64,000 nucleotides of DNA from assembly GCF_963921235.1 (NCBI RefSeq), contig NC_086107.1, positions 111,662,001 through 111,726,000 on the forward strand, read 5' to 3'. This DNA comes from Mobula hypostoma (Eukaryota). Below the pieces are notes generated by a model. That model was not told the DNA's origin. It did no database searches and saw nothing but the letters and a program-made list of their open reading frames with translations. Below, one piece after another: positions 41,453 to 53,400 of the stretch (its first letter is position 1; each line of letters begins with the position of its first letter). The position numbers were made by a program, and so were the translations under genes.

Positions 41453-42589
41453 CAGAATACATAATAATTTTAAAAACGATAAATTACAATAAAAATATAT
41501 ATTATAAATTAAATAAGTAGTACAAAAGGAGAGGCGAAAAAAGAGAAAAAAATTGTGAGGTAGTGTACATGGACTCATTGTCCATTCAGAAATCTGATGG
41601 CAGAAGGGAAGAAGCTGTTCCCAATATTGTTGAGTGCGTGTCTTAAGGCTCCTGTTCCACTTCCTTGATGGTAGCAAATGGAAGAGGCCGTGTCCTGCAT
41701 GATGGGGGTCCTTAATGATGGATGCCATCTTTTTGAGACATTCCCTTTTGAAGGTGTCCTTGAGGCCGGGGAGGCTAGTGTGCATGATGGAGCTGGCTAA
41801 GTCTGCAACTTTTTCCAGTCCTGTGCAGTGACCTCCACGTACCAGACGGTGATGCAATTAGTTAGAATGTACCCCTTGGTACATCTGTAGAAATATATGA
41901 GTCTTCGTGACATACCAAATGATGGCTTCTGTGACTGACAGCTTCTGGATAGATCATGAAACCAATTTTTTTCACTTCTATTATGTATGTGGTTCTGGAA
42001 CTGTCAAAGCCTGCGTTTTGCTGTTTGGAGATCGTTCAGGTGCCTCTGCGCTCTGCGATCTCCGAAATTCCAGGAGGCAGATACAGCATAAGCAAACCTC
42101 GTGGTGAGAAAGCTGCAGGATGGCACGCGAGTTTGACCACATTTTGCCCATTATAGCTTCCACTGTTCACTAATTAAAGCGACGAGGACAATTGAAACAT
42201 CAAGCCATGTGCAGAAGCTTGGAAATCATTTGGGTGTTCCAGTGCTCTGCAGTCTCTGAGAAGATTCCAGGAAGCAGAGACAGCATGCGTGAACTCGTAG
42301 CGGACAGGATGCAAGCCAAAGTTTGGCTCCAGTTCTCCGATTAAAGCTTCCATTATTCGGCAAGTCAAGTAACAAGGGCGAATGAAGCATCAACATGAGT
42401 GCAGAGGGTGAGCGCTGGCTGCCTGTCTTTTGATTGCTCTGTAGCAGAGAGGGGAGAGCCTGCTACTGCATCCAGGCCCGAAAAGTGTTGTCCAGATTTT
42501 TTCTGCGTTTTGGCTTTGGACTTTGGACTATTGACTCTATTTTCAGTCTTATAGATTTTATATTCTGTGTTTTTTCACTGAATCTTCTT

Positions 42590-43000
42590 GCTTTTTTGTG
42601 TGGGGGGGATTTGGGGGTTAATGTGCCTGATATGCTTTGCTTGTTTCTTTTGTGGGGGTGGAGGAATTTGGGGAGGTCAATGTGTCTGATCTGTTTTGCT
42701 TGTTTTTTTTGTGCGCGAGGGGGAATTTGGGGTTTGATGCTGCTGATCCATTTTGTTCGTTTTTCTGTGTGGCGAGGGGGATTTGGGGGTTGATGTGCCT
42801 GTTCTGTTGTTGTTCATTTTTTGTGTGGGAGGAGGGATTTGGGGTCGATGTGCCTCATCTATTTTGCTTGTTTTTTTGTGTAGGAAGGAGGGATTTATGG
42901 GTTAATGCACCTGTTCTGTTTTTGATTTTTTTTTTTGCCTGTTCTGTTTTTGATTTTTTTTTGGGTGTATTTGGGAATTGTGTTGCCTTTTTTTTCTTTT
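42590..43000 (+). repeat. Degenerate G/T-rich tandem repeat (~57-60 bp unit) within a retroelement 3' region
   Basis: Recurrent GGGGGATTTGGGGGTTGATGTGCCTG..TTTTG. Confidence 0.7.
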
Positions 43001-43467
43001 TCTTTCTTGGTTTCATGGCTACCTGGAGAATTGAAGAGTTTCAGAGTTGTATACTTTGATAATAAATGAAGCTTTGAACATACCGATTCTCCTCAAAATC
43101 CAAATGAAATATCACCACATTTTCTATTGCTCACATCATTAAGGGGTCAATTTACATATCTAAAGGAAATAATTCACTAAATCAAGTGGAATGAATTCAA
43201 AAATCTCATTAAGATGTAATTTGAGCACACTGTAAATGTATTAGTCTAGTGTGTACTCCTGTGTTGTAAATGGACTGAACTTCAAACAAAAATTCCACAC
43301 CAGAGATCTGAAGAATTTTGAAACCATGATAATCCTTTATAACAACCCCATCAAAGATATTGGCAACATTGGTTGAAAATCTAAATTCCTTTTCACTGAC
43401 AGATTTTCTTCCTCATGCATGTTGAATTTTCAAAAATTGTAAAGTCTGTTTTTTTTTTAATACTTAC

Positions 43468-43590
43468 ATGAGGGTCAATTCAATCCTTGGACAACTTATA
43501 TAACTCCAGAAGATGTTGATTAAATTTCTTCTCAACTTGCAGTGCACTTTGCATTGTCTGCAAACCATTATCCCAGACTTGCTCTGGCTT
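43468..43590 (-). pseudogene. Ferritin D (inverted): exon 3 with in-frame stop
   Basis: TTTAG|KPEQVWDNGLQTMQSALQVEKKFNQHLLELYKLSKD*IDPH|GTAAGT; 123 nt (one codon short). Confidence 0.9.
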
Positions 43591-44443
43591 CTAAAGAGGG
43601 AAAAAAATGCAATTATTCTCATTTGGCTCAGATTCACATACAAAGAAGACACAAATTCACAGGATTCTTGTATGATCTGCTTATGCTATTAAATTGGCAT
43701 CTACCTCACTTACCTAGGCAGTTTTTCTCTGGGAAGTAAATATACAGAGGTTGCTGGTGAAAACAGAAATGTACACTGAGTGTATATTGTTGCTTGCTGG
43801 GTCTAAAGTCATAGAATTCCCTCCTTGAGAGCATTTTGAAAACACTTCACCAAAAGCCCTGCAGCAGGTCAAAAAGTTTTATCACTGCCTTCAGGGTAAT
43901 TAGGGATTGGGCACAAAATGCTGCCTTACCTTTGATGCACACATCCTGAAAAATCAATAAAAACCCTATACAACAGCCTCTAGGTATATTCCCAACATCT
44001 CTATCATTAATTAATTATTCAAAGGATTTGGACTAGCTTATGTAACAATGTGCTAGATAGACAGGCCAAATATTATCTCTTAATGTCGGCCTGATTATAT
44101 AATTCTAATAGAACTATAATGTGAGTTTGCTTTCAATGTTCCTGTGCTCCATTTAGCTAGGATGGTTGTAGCAGTGTCTAGAATTCATCCAGCGGCCTGT
44201 GCAAAATATGGTTAAAGCTCAACTGGAGTGTTATGTTTTTAATTGTGAACACTGCACTTTGGAGAGGAGGTCAAGGCTGTGGAGAAAGTAGAGAGATTAA
44301 CTGGAATGGTCTTGATGGTGAGGGGCTTCAATAATGAAAGAGGTGAGGCTGAGGTTATCAATTCATACCTGCAGTTAACTAGCATTGTGACCATTCAGGC
44401 TACAATCTGATACAAAGGCTCTGCAGACATGCTTTCAGGTAGG

Positions 44444-46270
44444 AATCAGAATCAGGTTTATTATCACCGGCGTGTGACGTGAAATTTGTTAACTTAGCAG
44501 CAGCAGTTCAATGCAATGTATAATATAAGAAGAAAAAAATTCAAAATAAAATAATAATAAATACATAAATTACAGTATACATATATTGAATAGATTAAAA
44601 ATCATGCAAAAAAATCAGAAATATATATTTAAAAAGTGAGGTAGTCTCCAAGGGTTCAATGCCCATTTAGGATCGGATGGCAGAGGGGAAGAAACTGTTC
44701 CTGAATTGCTGAGTGTGTGCCTTCAGGCGTCTGTACCCCCTACCTGATGGTAACAGTGAGAAAAGGGCATGCCCTGGGTGCTGGAGGTCCTTAATAATGG
44801 AAGCTGCCTTTCTGAGACACCGCTCCTTAAACATGTCCTGGGTACTTTGTAGGCTAGTATCCAAGATGGAGCTGACTAAATTTACAACTCTGCAACACAC
44901 ACAAAAAATGCTGGTGAACGCAGCAGACCAGGCAGCATCTATAGGAAGAGGTACAGTTAACATTTCGGGCCGAGACCCTTTGTCAGGACTAACTGAAAGA
45001 AGAGCTAGTAAGAGATTTGAAAGTGGGAGGGGGAGGGTGTGATCCAAAATGATAGGAGAAGACAGGAGGGGGAGGGATGGAGCTAAGAGCTGGAAAGTTG
45101 ATTGGTAAAAGGGATATGAGGCTGGAGAAGGGACAGGATCATGGGACCGGAGGCCTAGGGAGAAAGAAAGTGGGAGGGGGGAAAAACCCAGAGGATGGGC
45201 AAGGAGTTATAGTGAGAGGGACAGAGGGAGAAAAAAAGGGGAAAGAAAAAAAAACAATAATAATAAATAAATAAATAAGGGATGGGGTACGAAGGGGAGG
45301 AGAGGCATTAACGGAAGTTGGAGAAGTCAATGTTCATGCCATCAGGTTTGAGGCTACCCAGACAGAATATAAGGTGTTGTTCCTCCAACCTGAGTGTGGC
45401 TTCATTTTGACAGTAGAGGAGGCCGTGGATAGACATATCAGAATGAGAATGGGATGTGGAATTAAAATGCCACACTCATTTTGGAAGAACAACACCTTAT
45501 ATTCCGTCTGGGTAGCCTCCAACCTGATGGCATGAACACTGACTTCTCTAACTTCTGTTAATGCCCCCCCGCCCGCCGTACCCCATTCCTTATTTATTTA
45601 TTTTTCTTTCCCCTTTATTTCTACCTTTTTTCTCCCTCTGTCTCTCTCACTATAACTCCTTACTCATCCTCCGGGTTCCCCCCTCCCTTTCTTTCTCCCT
45701 AGGCCCCCTGTCCCATGATCCTCTCTCTTCTCCAGCCTCGTATCCCTTTTGCCAATCACCTGTCCAGCTCTTGGCTCCATCCCTCCCCCTCTGTCTTCTC
45801 CTATCATTTCGGATCTCCCCCTCCCACTTTGAAATCTCTTACTATCTCTTCTTTCAGTTAGTACTGACGAAGGGTCTCAGCCCGAAACGTTGACTGTACC
45901 TCTTCCTATTGGTGCTGCCTGGCCTGCTGCGTTCACCAGCATTCTTTGTGTGTGTTGCTTGAATTTCCAGCATCAGCAGATTTCCTTGTGTTTACAACTC
46001 TGCAGCTTCTTTTGGTCTTGTGCAGCAGCACCTCCATACCAGACATTGATGCAGCTTGTCAGAATGCTCTCCACGGTACAACCACAGAGGTTTTTGAGTG
46101 TCTTTGTTGACATACAAAATCTCTTCAAACTGCTAATGAAGTATAGCCACTGTCCTGCCTACTTTATAACTGCATCGATATGTTAGGACCAGCTTAGGTC
46201 CTCAGAGATCTTGAAACCCAGGAACTTAAAACTGCTCACTCTCTCCACTTCCTGATCCCTCTATGAGAAT
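44444..46270 (-). mobile_element. Rex1 3' fragment interrupted by an inverted PLE pair (44895-45990)
   Basis: 14-bp direct repeat TTTACAACTCTGCA at 44881-44894 and 45991-46004 flanks the PLE insertion. Confidence 0.8.
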
Positions 46271-47319
46271 TGGAGACAAGTCCACCAACAATGATGCATT
46301 CCTCGAGAATCCTACCAGTTTTCATAATTACCAAAAATTCTGGGTAAAATCTGCTAGGCTGTAAGATCAATAAGAGAATTTGACATCATAAGCAGAGAGA
46401 AATTTCATTATCATAAGGATTCCAGCGATGAAGGATTCAGTTATGTGAAGAGACAGACGGAGCTGGAATTGTCAGTGAAAAGGATGCAAATGGTTCCAGT
46501 GATGGTTATCAACTTGAAATATTAACAATCTCTCTCTCTCTTCTAATGTTACTTGACCTCCTGACTATTTTCAGCTACTCCTAACATGACAACAAACTTC
46601 TAATTATACAGCAAGCCTTTAGGATGTGGGGTGTGCTGTGAGAGATGGCAGTGCACACAGATTTAATTGTACAGTTCGAAAGGGAAATGGATAAGTTTCT
46701 GAAAGAAAAGATATGCAAATTTATGAGCAAAAGGTTAGGAGTTTGTACTAGTTGCATTATTCATTGCTCTTAAATAGAGATGGCATATACTTAAGGAATT
46801 AAATCTTCATTTGGTGGGAACTCCAAAACTGCTCTGAATGCTTGATATCAACAGCCTGGTCTTGCCACCCGAGGCACTGATTCAACAGTTACCACCTCAG
46901 GTGTTGTCTTACCTCCTCAAATTTTCCAAGTGCTCCCTTTGAATTCTGAGCTGAGTCCTGCTCTCTGCTTAATTTAATTCCCGACCATCGAGTACACCTA
47001 CATGGGAGCACTGTCACAGTAAGGCAGCATCGATCATCAGGTACCCCCACCAACCAGGTCATGCTCTCTTCTCAGTGCTGCCATCAAAAAAAAAAGGTAC
47101 AGGAGTCTCAAGACTCACACCACCAGGTTCAGGATCAGTTATTACCCCTCAATCATCAGGCTCTTGAACCAGAGGGAATAACTTCATTCAACTTCACTTG
47201 CCCCATCACTGAACTGTTCCGACAACCTATGGACTCACTTTCAGGGTCTCTTCATCTCATGTTCTTGACATTTATTGATTAGGTATTTACTATTATTATC
47301 ATGTCTTTCTCTTTTTGTA

Positions 47320-47975
47320 CAGGTTGAGTACCCCTTATCCAAAATTCAAAAATCAGAAAACCTCCAAAATCCAAAATTCTTTTGAGCGCTGACATAATGT
47401 CATGAATGGAGAATTCCTCATGGCGCTGGGAAGGTTGCCACGCAATGCGTAGGTTTCTGCAGATGACAGTTCCAAGGAGTGACCTCACATATTTAATTTG
47501 CTGAAGCTAATGAAAAATAGAAACATTGCATAAAGCGAAAACTGAAGATCGTGATTGTTTATAGAGAGTGGATTTATCAGCCTTGGGAGTGAGCATATGC
47601 TGCTTATTGGTACACTGATCATGACACAAGTGAAAACCTATCACGATGAACTGAAACTTTAAGAAAATTATGAATATTCAGCAGGTCGGTTGCAGAATTT
47701 TAAGAAAAGGCGTTAATTTTTTAAAGATTGGCGGTGATAAAGCATCTGCTGATCACAAAGAAGCAAAGAATGAGCATTGATGAGTTTGCTGAAAGATCTT
47801 CGCTAATGAAAATCACGCTGAACAGCTGCATCCATACACATGTGTGATGACATTGACTGCTTATTGGTAGCACATAAATTCAGAGTTGAAAATGATGGCG
47901 ATCCCAAGCTATCTCATTATATATTCCAAAAAAACTTACAGCCCCAAGCAATTTGGATTAGGGGTGTTCAACGTG
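47320..47975 (+). mobile_element. Tigger/pogo-like DNA transposon, internally deleted
   Basis: Imperfect TIRs CAGGTTGAGTACCCCTTATCC / GGATTAGGGGTGTTCAACGTG, TA on both sides, CENP-B-HTH-like remnant EYSAGRLQNFKKR. Confidence 0.75.
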
Positions 47976-48239
47976 TATTGCACAATTTGTTGTCTTTTGC
48001 ACATCGGCCGTTCATCCATCCTGTTGGGTGCGGAATTTCATTGACTGTATTCTGTTTCTTGTACTTACTGTGAATGCCCGCAAGAAAATGAAGCTCAGGA
48101 TTGTAAATGGCGACATATATGTACTTTGATAATACATTTACTTTGAACTTTAGATGCCCCCTTCATAGCTAGTCTTATGTCGATTGGAAAAGTGCAAAAC
48201 ATTTTTACTTCCACTACTTCAAGGTCTTGCCCTGGAACT

Positions 48240-48720
48240 TCCAGGGCCACACTCAAAATGGCGACCCCGCCTCTGAGCTCCTAAAATGGAGGATCAAGAG
48301 ACTGCAGAAGCTGGAATCTGGAGCGGAATTATATAACGCCAAAATACTGTAGATAAATATCGGTGGACGTTTCGGGTCGAGTCACACTGCATCAGGACCG
48401 AACTGGCGGACTGGGGAAGATTCAGCGCGGACACCGCATTCAAATTCTGGCAAAATTCGGCGGGGAAAGGAACCAGGCACAAAATGCTAGAGTCATCGGG
48501 CAGTGTCTACGGAGGGAGATAAACAGTCGATTTTTCGGATCGAAACCCTTCACTAAGACTGGAAAGGAAAGGAAAGCGGTGTTGAAGAATTAGCTGCCAC
48601 TCTCAAGATGGCGGTCGCAGGTTCCCATTCCCTACGACCCTCCAAATATGGTGGTGCGCTGACAAGGACTAGCCAATCAGGGACCGTGTTGTGAGACGGC
48701 GGGCTGTCGTTGGCGACGCT
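48240..48720 (+). promoter_or_regulatory. CpG-rich promoter of ferritin E with YY1-type and CCAAT motifs
   Basis: High CpG density from ~48240 to 49030; AAAATGGCG at 48255, AAGATGGCGG at 48605, AGCCAATCAG at 48671-48680; no TATA box near the ATG. Confidence 0.65.
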
Positions 48721-48972
48721 ATGGGGAGCTTGTGGCGAGCGTGGCCGGCTGTGGCGGTGGGCTTGTTCCCGAAACGGGGCTTGCCCTGTCGCCTCCAGTG
48801 CAGGGTTGGCCCGCCGCTCTGGACCGAGGGGCGGGGGCAGCCCCGGAGGGCAGCTCAGTGCGGGCAGAGCCACGGTCACTCGGTGCGCCAGAACTATTCC
48901 AGGGAGTGCGAGGAGGCGATCAACCAGCAGATCAATCAGGAGCTCAGCGCTTTCTACGTCTACCTGTCCATG
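48721..48972 (+). CDS. Ferritin E (226 aa, putative mitochondrial ferritin) exon 1 with 50-aa N-terminal extension
   Basis: MGSLWRAWPAVAVGLFPKRGLPCRLQCRVGPPLWTEGRGQPRRAAQCGQS-HGHSVRQNYSRECEEAINQQINQELSAFYVYLSM, then GTGAGA donor. Confidence 0.9.
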
Positions 48973-49025
48973 GTGAGAGAGAAGACAGGTTCTCACTCCC
49001 CAGCGGGGTGGTCACAGACTCCCGG

Positions 49026-49415
49026 CCCAGCAGGGAGAACTAGACTGTCTTAACACATCTTCTGAAAAAATCCCAGCAGCGAGAACCAGACCTCATTAAT
49101 TTGAACACATTTCCCTAAATACCAGCAAGAGAACTAGACAGTCTCACCACACTTCCCGAATACCAGCAGAGAAACAGGACCTCCTAATTTGAACACATTT
49201 CCGAATACCAGTAGGGAGAACGAGAATGTCTTACCACATTTTCTGAAAAGTCCTAGCAGGGAGAACCAGACCTCATAATTTCAACATACTTCCCGAATAC
49301 CAGCAGGAAGAACTAGACAATCTTATCACATTTACTGAAAGATACCAGCAGAGAAAACAGGACCTCATAATTTGACCATAGTTCCCGAGCACCAGCAGGG
49401 AAAACCTGACCATCC
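49026..49415 (+). repeat. Minisatellite, ~45-bp units alternating A/B (about 9 units)
   Basis: Units begin (A/C)CCAGCAGRGARAAC; alternate TAGAC.GTCTT.CAC and CAGACCTCATAATTTGAAC. Confidence 0.8.
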
Positions 49416-49595
49416 CAGTAAAGAGACTGGACACGTTCCACTTAACAAAATCCACCAATGTACATTATATCCCGGTAGGGAAACCGTCACACACCAGCAG
49501 GAATATCCAGCATAGCCCACGTAGAGCCATAAATCACGACCTAGAAGCAGGCCCTTCAGCCGGTCTAGTACATGCCAAACAATCACCAGGTTATT

Positions 49596-50057
49596 CTGGT
49601 GAACGCAGCAGGCCAAGCAGCATCTCTAGGAAGAGGTACAGTCGACGTTTCAGGCCGAGACCCTTCGTCAGGACTAACTGAAGGAAGAGTGAGTAAGGGA
49701 TTTGAAAGCTGGAGGGGGAGGGGAAGATGCAAAATGATAGGAGAAGACAGGAGGGGGAGGGATAGAGCCGAGAGCTGGACAGGTGATAGGCAAAAGGGGA
49801 TATTTTGCCTATCACCTGTCCAGCTCTCGGCTCTATCCCTCCCCCTCCTGTCTTCTCCTATCATTTTGCATCTCCCCCTCCCCCTCCAGCTTTCAAATCC
49901 CTTACTCACTCTTCCTTCAGTTAGTCCTGACGAAGGGTCTCGGCCTGAAACGTCGACTGTACCTCTTCCTAGAGATGCTGCTTGGCCTGCTGCGTTCACC
50001 AGCAACTTTGATGTATGTTGCTTGAATTTCCAGCATCTGCAGAATTCCTGTTGTTTG
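49596..50057. mobile_element. PLE-derived palindromic insertion in ferritin E intron 1
   Basis: Arms 49596-49795 and 49803-50002, 7-nt spacer; direct repeat ACCAGGTTATTCTG at 49585-49598 and 50058-50071. Confidence 0.85.
49923..49958 (+). ncRNA. Minimal type I hammerhead ribozyme motif (PLE-associated)
   Basis: Helix I AGTC/GACT, core CTGACGA, stem II GGGT(CTCG)GCCT, GAAA, palindromic ACGT helix III, GUC site. Confidence 0.65.
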
Positions 50058-50355
50058 ACCAGGTTATTCTGCCTTGTTCTATCTGCCTGAGCCTGAATCA
50101 TAACCCACCATACCCCTCCTATTGAAGTACTTATCGAACCTCGCACTTCCAAATCCCCCCTTAAATATTTAACCTTTTCCCTTAACCCATGACTTCTTGT
50201 TCTAGTCCCACCTAACCTCAGTGGAAAAAGTCTGCTTGCATTGACCATATCTATACCTTTCATAATTTTGTATACCTCTATCAAATCTCCCTTCATTCTC
50301 CAACACTAATTAAGTGGTGAAGCAAGCATATAAAGGCTGCATAGTGCCTCTAATC

Positions 50356-50430
50356 CAAGGGTTCCCAACTGGGGTCCATGGACTCCTCAGTTAATAGACT
50401 CCATGGCATAAAAACGTTTAGGAAACCCTG
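50356..50430. mobile_element. hAT MITE copy
   Basis: Same family as 40858; perfect 8-bp TSD CTCTAATC. Confidence 0.8.
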
Positions 50431-53400
50431 CTCTAATCCTTTCATACAGTCTCAATAACTCCAGGAGGATACAAATACAAAAATGTCACCTAATCCCAGC
50501 AGTGTTATGCATCGTATATGCTCATATAATCTAAATGTCACTCCTTAAAATTCAATACATTGCCTCTCAACACCATTATCAATTCATACTATCGACTGCC
50601 ATAGTGTCTTGGCTCGTGGCCCAGGTTTCACCCCTTTTCTTACAGCATCACAACTCCGGTTTAGCCTTTGGTGCTGTCTCTGTGGAGTTTGTACATTCTC
50701 CCTATATCTGAATGAATTTATCCTGTAGTTCCACCCCACATCCTAAATATATACAGGTTGGGAGGTTAATTGGCCTCTGTAAATTGCCCCAGGTGTGTAG
50801 TTCGACATCAGTGTATATGGGGAGATTAAAATGAGATTATTGTAAATGGGTGCTTGAAGGTCAGTACAGACTTGTGTAGGCCAATAGGCCTGTTTCTGTG
50901 CTGTATGACCCATTCTACTGCAATCCAACAGGTTTGCAAATCATAAACACAAAGGATTCTGCAGATCCAAAGGGCTGAAGGAACTCAGCAGGAAAGGCAG
51001 CATCTATGGAAATGAATAAACAGTTGACATTTCAAGCCAAGACCCCTCATCAGGACTGGAAAGGAAGAGGGAAGATGCTGGAATAAAAAAAGTGGGAGGA
51101 GGGGGATGAGAATTAGCTAGGAGGTGATAGGTGAAGCCAGATGGGTGGGAAAGGAAAAGGGTTAGAGAGGAAGGAATCTGATAGGAGAGGAGAGTTGACT
51201 ATGGGAGAAAAGGAAGGAGGGGAACCAGAGGGAGGTGATAGACAGGTGAGGAGAAGAGGTAACAGACCAGATGGGGAATGGAAGGGGGGAGACTAAAAGA
51301 AAAAAAAAGTTGCCAGAAGTTGGAGAAATCAATGTTCTTGCCATCAGGTTGGAAGCATGATAAATCAGCCATGATGAAATGATGTAGCAGACTTGATGGG
51401 CCGAATTGGTTAATTCTGCTCCAATATCTTGCCTAGACAGTATATTAGGTGCTGCTCCTCCACCCTGAGAATAGCCTCAACCTGCCAGGAGGAGACCATG
51501 AACCGAAATGTTGGAACAGAAATGAGGATTAGAATTGAAACAGTTGGCCCCATTTTACAAATACAAAAATAAAGTGTGAGCAATTACTTTAGAAGTGACA
51601 TGTAATAGAGCATTTGTTTCAAATAAAACATTTTCAATAGAAACTATGGCAACAGATAATTCTCGGATGAGATTGAGGCCAAACTCAGTGGCTATCTTTG
51701 CAAAAAAGGAACAGGATGACAGAAGCAAATGCTGTTTCCTAGACACCTGAACTAAAAGTAGATGTAATATACTACAGACATCATCCTTAAAGAAAGAACA
51801 ACTTAACCTTTTAAGTTGAAGACCAATTACCGAATTAGATGTCTGAAATTACCATTTTTGAACAAACATTTTGGATTATTAAAATACGAGCCAGAGGTAA
51901 ACCCAACAAAGTTGTTTTGAGGTATTCGATGTCATGTGCATAATTGATGCTACATACCAAAGTTAATACCACCTATAGGGTCACATGTCAACTTTCAGTG
52001 CTAAGAAGATTAAAGTTTATTTAGCGTGAAGATTGTGGAATTTCCACAATTAATGCAGTGCCACTGAACGATATTATAGTAATGGTTAATAACTGTTTGT
52101 AATATAAGAAGCGGTTTAGCTAATTTATGCGTAACATGCTCCCGACAGCAGCATGGGAGTGTTAGTGTGCTTTTAGTATTGGAAGTTGAAGGAGAAATAT
52201 TGTCCAGGACACTGGGAGCAAAAATCCTGCTCTTTCTCAAAATTGTACCAATTGGATTATTTTCAAAAGTGTCTGGCAATGGCTATCTCCAACAAGAGAT
52301 TCAAAGCATTTACGGTTGGCATTTAATGGCATTACTTGCTGAGTTTTCATCAGTACCCTGGAGGCCAAATTTGACCAGAAATTCAAATGGACCAGTCACA
52401 GCTTCAGGAGAATTGACTCATATCCTGACACCTCAAAGCTCTTCCACATTTTGAATGTTTCACTAACTTGGATGTGTATGGCTCCATCATAACTCAAGAA
52501 GCTTGTACCTACCCAGAACAATAATTGGTTGGCACCCTATCCACCACCATAAACATTCATTCTCTCCACCACCATTTCACTGCGTCTGCACTTTGTGTCA
52601 TTTACAGCAACTGCCGAAGCTGTGATCTCAATCAGCAGGAAGGGCACACACAACAAAAGAATGGGAATATCTTCCCCTCCATGTAACACACTATCCTGAC
52701 TTGTCATTGCTGTGATCAAATCATAGAACTTAACCAACAACCAACACTCTTATCAAAAATATGATAAATAAGGGTGTGCATTCTGAAAGTGAATTAAAAA
52801 ATACACCACCTGGAGGGCAGATGAGTATTAACATCTTATCTGAAAGAAGACATTTTCAACAATGGATAGCACACTCAATACAGGGACTGAAACCCACAAC
52901 CTTCTGATTCAGAGGAGAGAGTGCTACAGCTGAGCTTCAGTAAACTATCTTTAGGAGTGCTAAGAAGCTGGTCGGGTGCCCTGGTTGTAGATAGAAACAC
53001 AGAAGTGCTGGTTAGGATTCATGAAGTATTACAGCACAGTACAGACCCTTCAGTGTACAATGTCACACTGACCTTTTAACTCACTCTAACCCTTCCCTCC
53101 TACATAGCCCTCCATTTTTCTATCATCCATATGCCTATTTAAGAGTTTCTTAAATGTCCTTAGTACATTTGACTCTACAATCACCCTTGGCAGGGTGTTC
53201 CACAGAGCTACCAGTCTCTGTAAAAATTATCTCTGACATCCCCCCTAAACTCTCCTCCAAACACTTTAAAATAATGCATCCTCGTCTTAGCCATTTCTGC
53301 CCTGGGAAAAAGTGTCTGGCTATCCACTCGGTCTAGGCCTCTTATCACCTTGTACACATTCCTAGGATCTTGACCAACAACAGTGAAAGGAAGATGGGTT

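Noticed and set aside
42434-43059. Hydrophobic Phe/Gly-rich ORFs resembling membrane proteins
   Set aside because: Translation of a G/T-rich degenerate tandem repeat.
43480-43482. In-frame TGA in inverted exon 3 read as selenocysteine or readthrough
   Set aside because: The same copy has a codon deletion and a disrupted exon 4; a simple nonsense mutation is more parsimonious.
46270-46980. Possible exons 1-2 of inverted pseudogene D
   Set aside because: Splice-like signals exist on the minus strand, but no ferritin-like translation could be recognised.
48691-48720. Longer N-terminus of ferritin E from the ORF-track start at 48691
   Set aside because: That start is GTG, only ~10 nt from the CCAAT box; the first in-frame ATG is at 48721.
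48783-48870. IRE inside the presequence-coding region (two CAGTGC hexamers)
   Set aside because: Flanks do not form the 5-bp upper stem with a bulged C; a decayed IRE origin cannot be supported.
49026-49415. CRISPR-like repeat-spacer appearance
   Set aside because: Eukaryotic intron; the intervening segments are themselves repeated and degenerate, and there are no cas genes.
49572-50296. Long ORFs (172 and 237 aa) with mirrored sequence
   Set aside because: Artefacts of the PLE palindrome plus adjacent CR1 sequence; the same peptides recur at every repeat copy.
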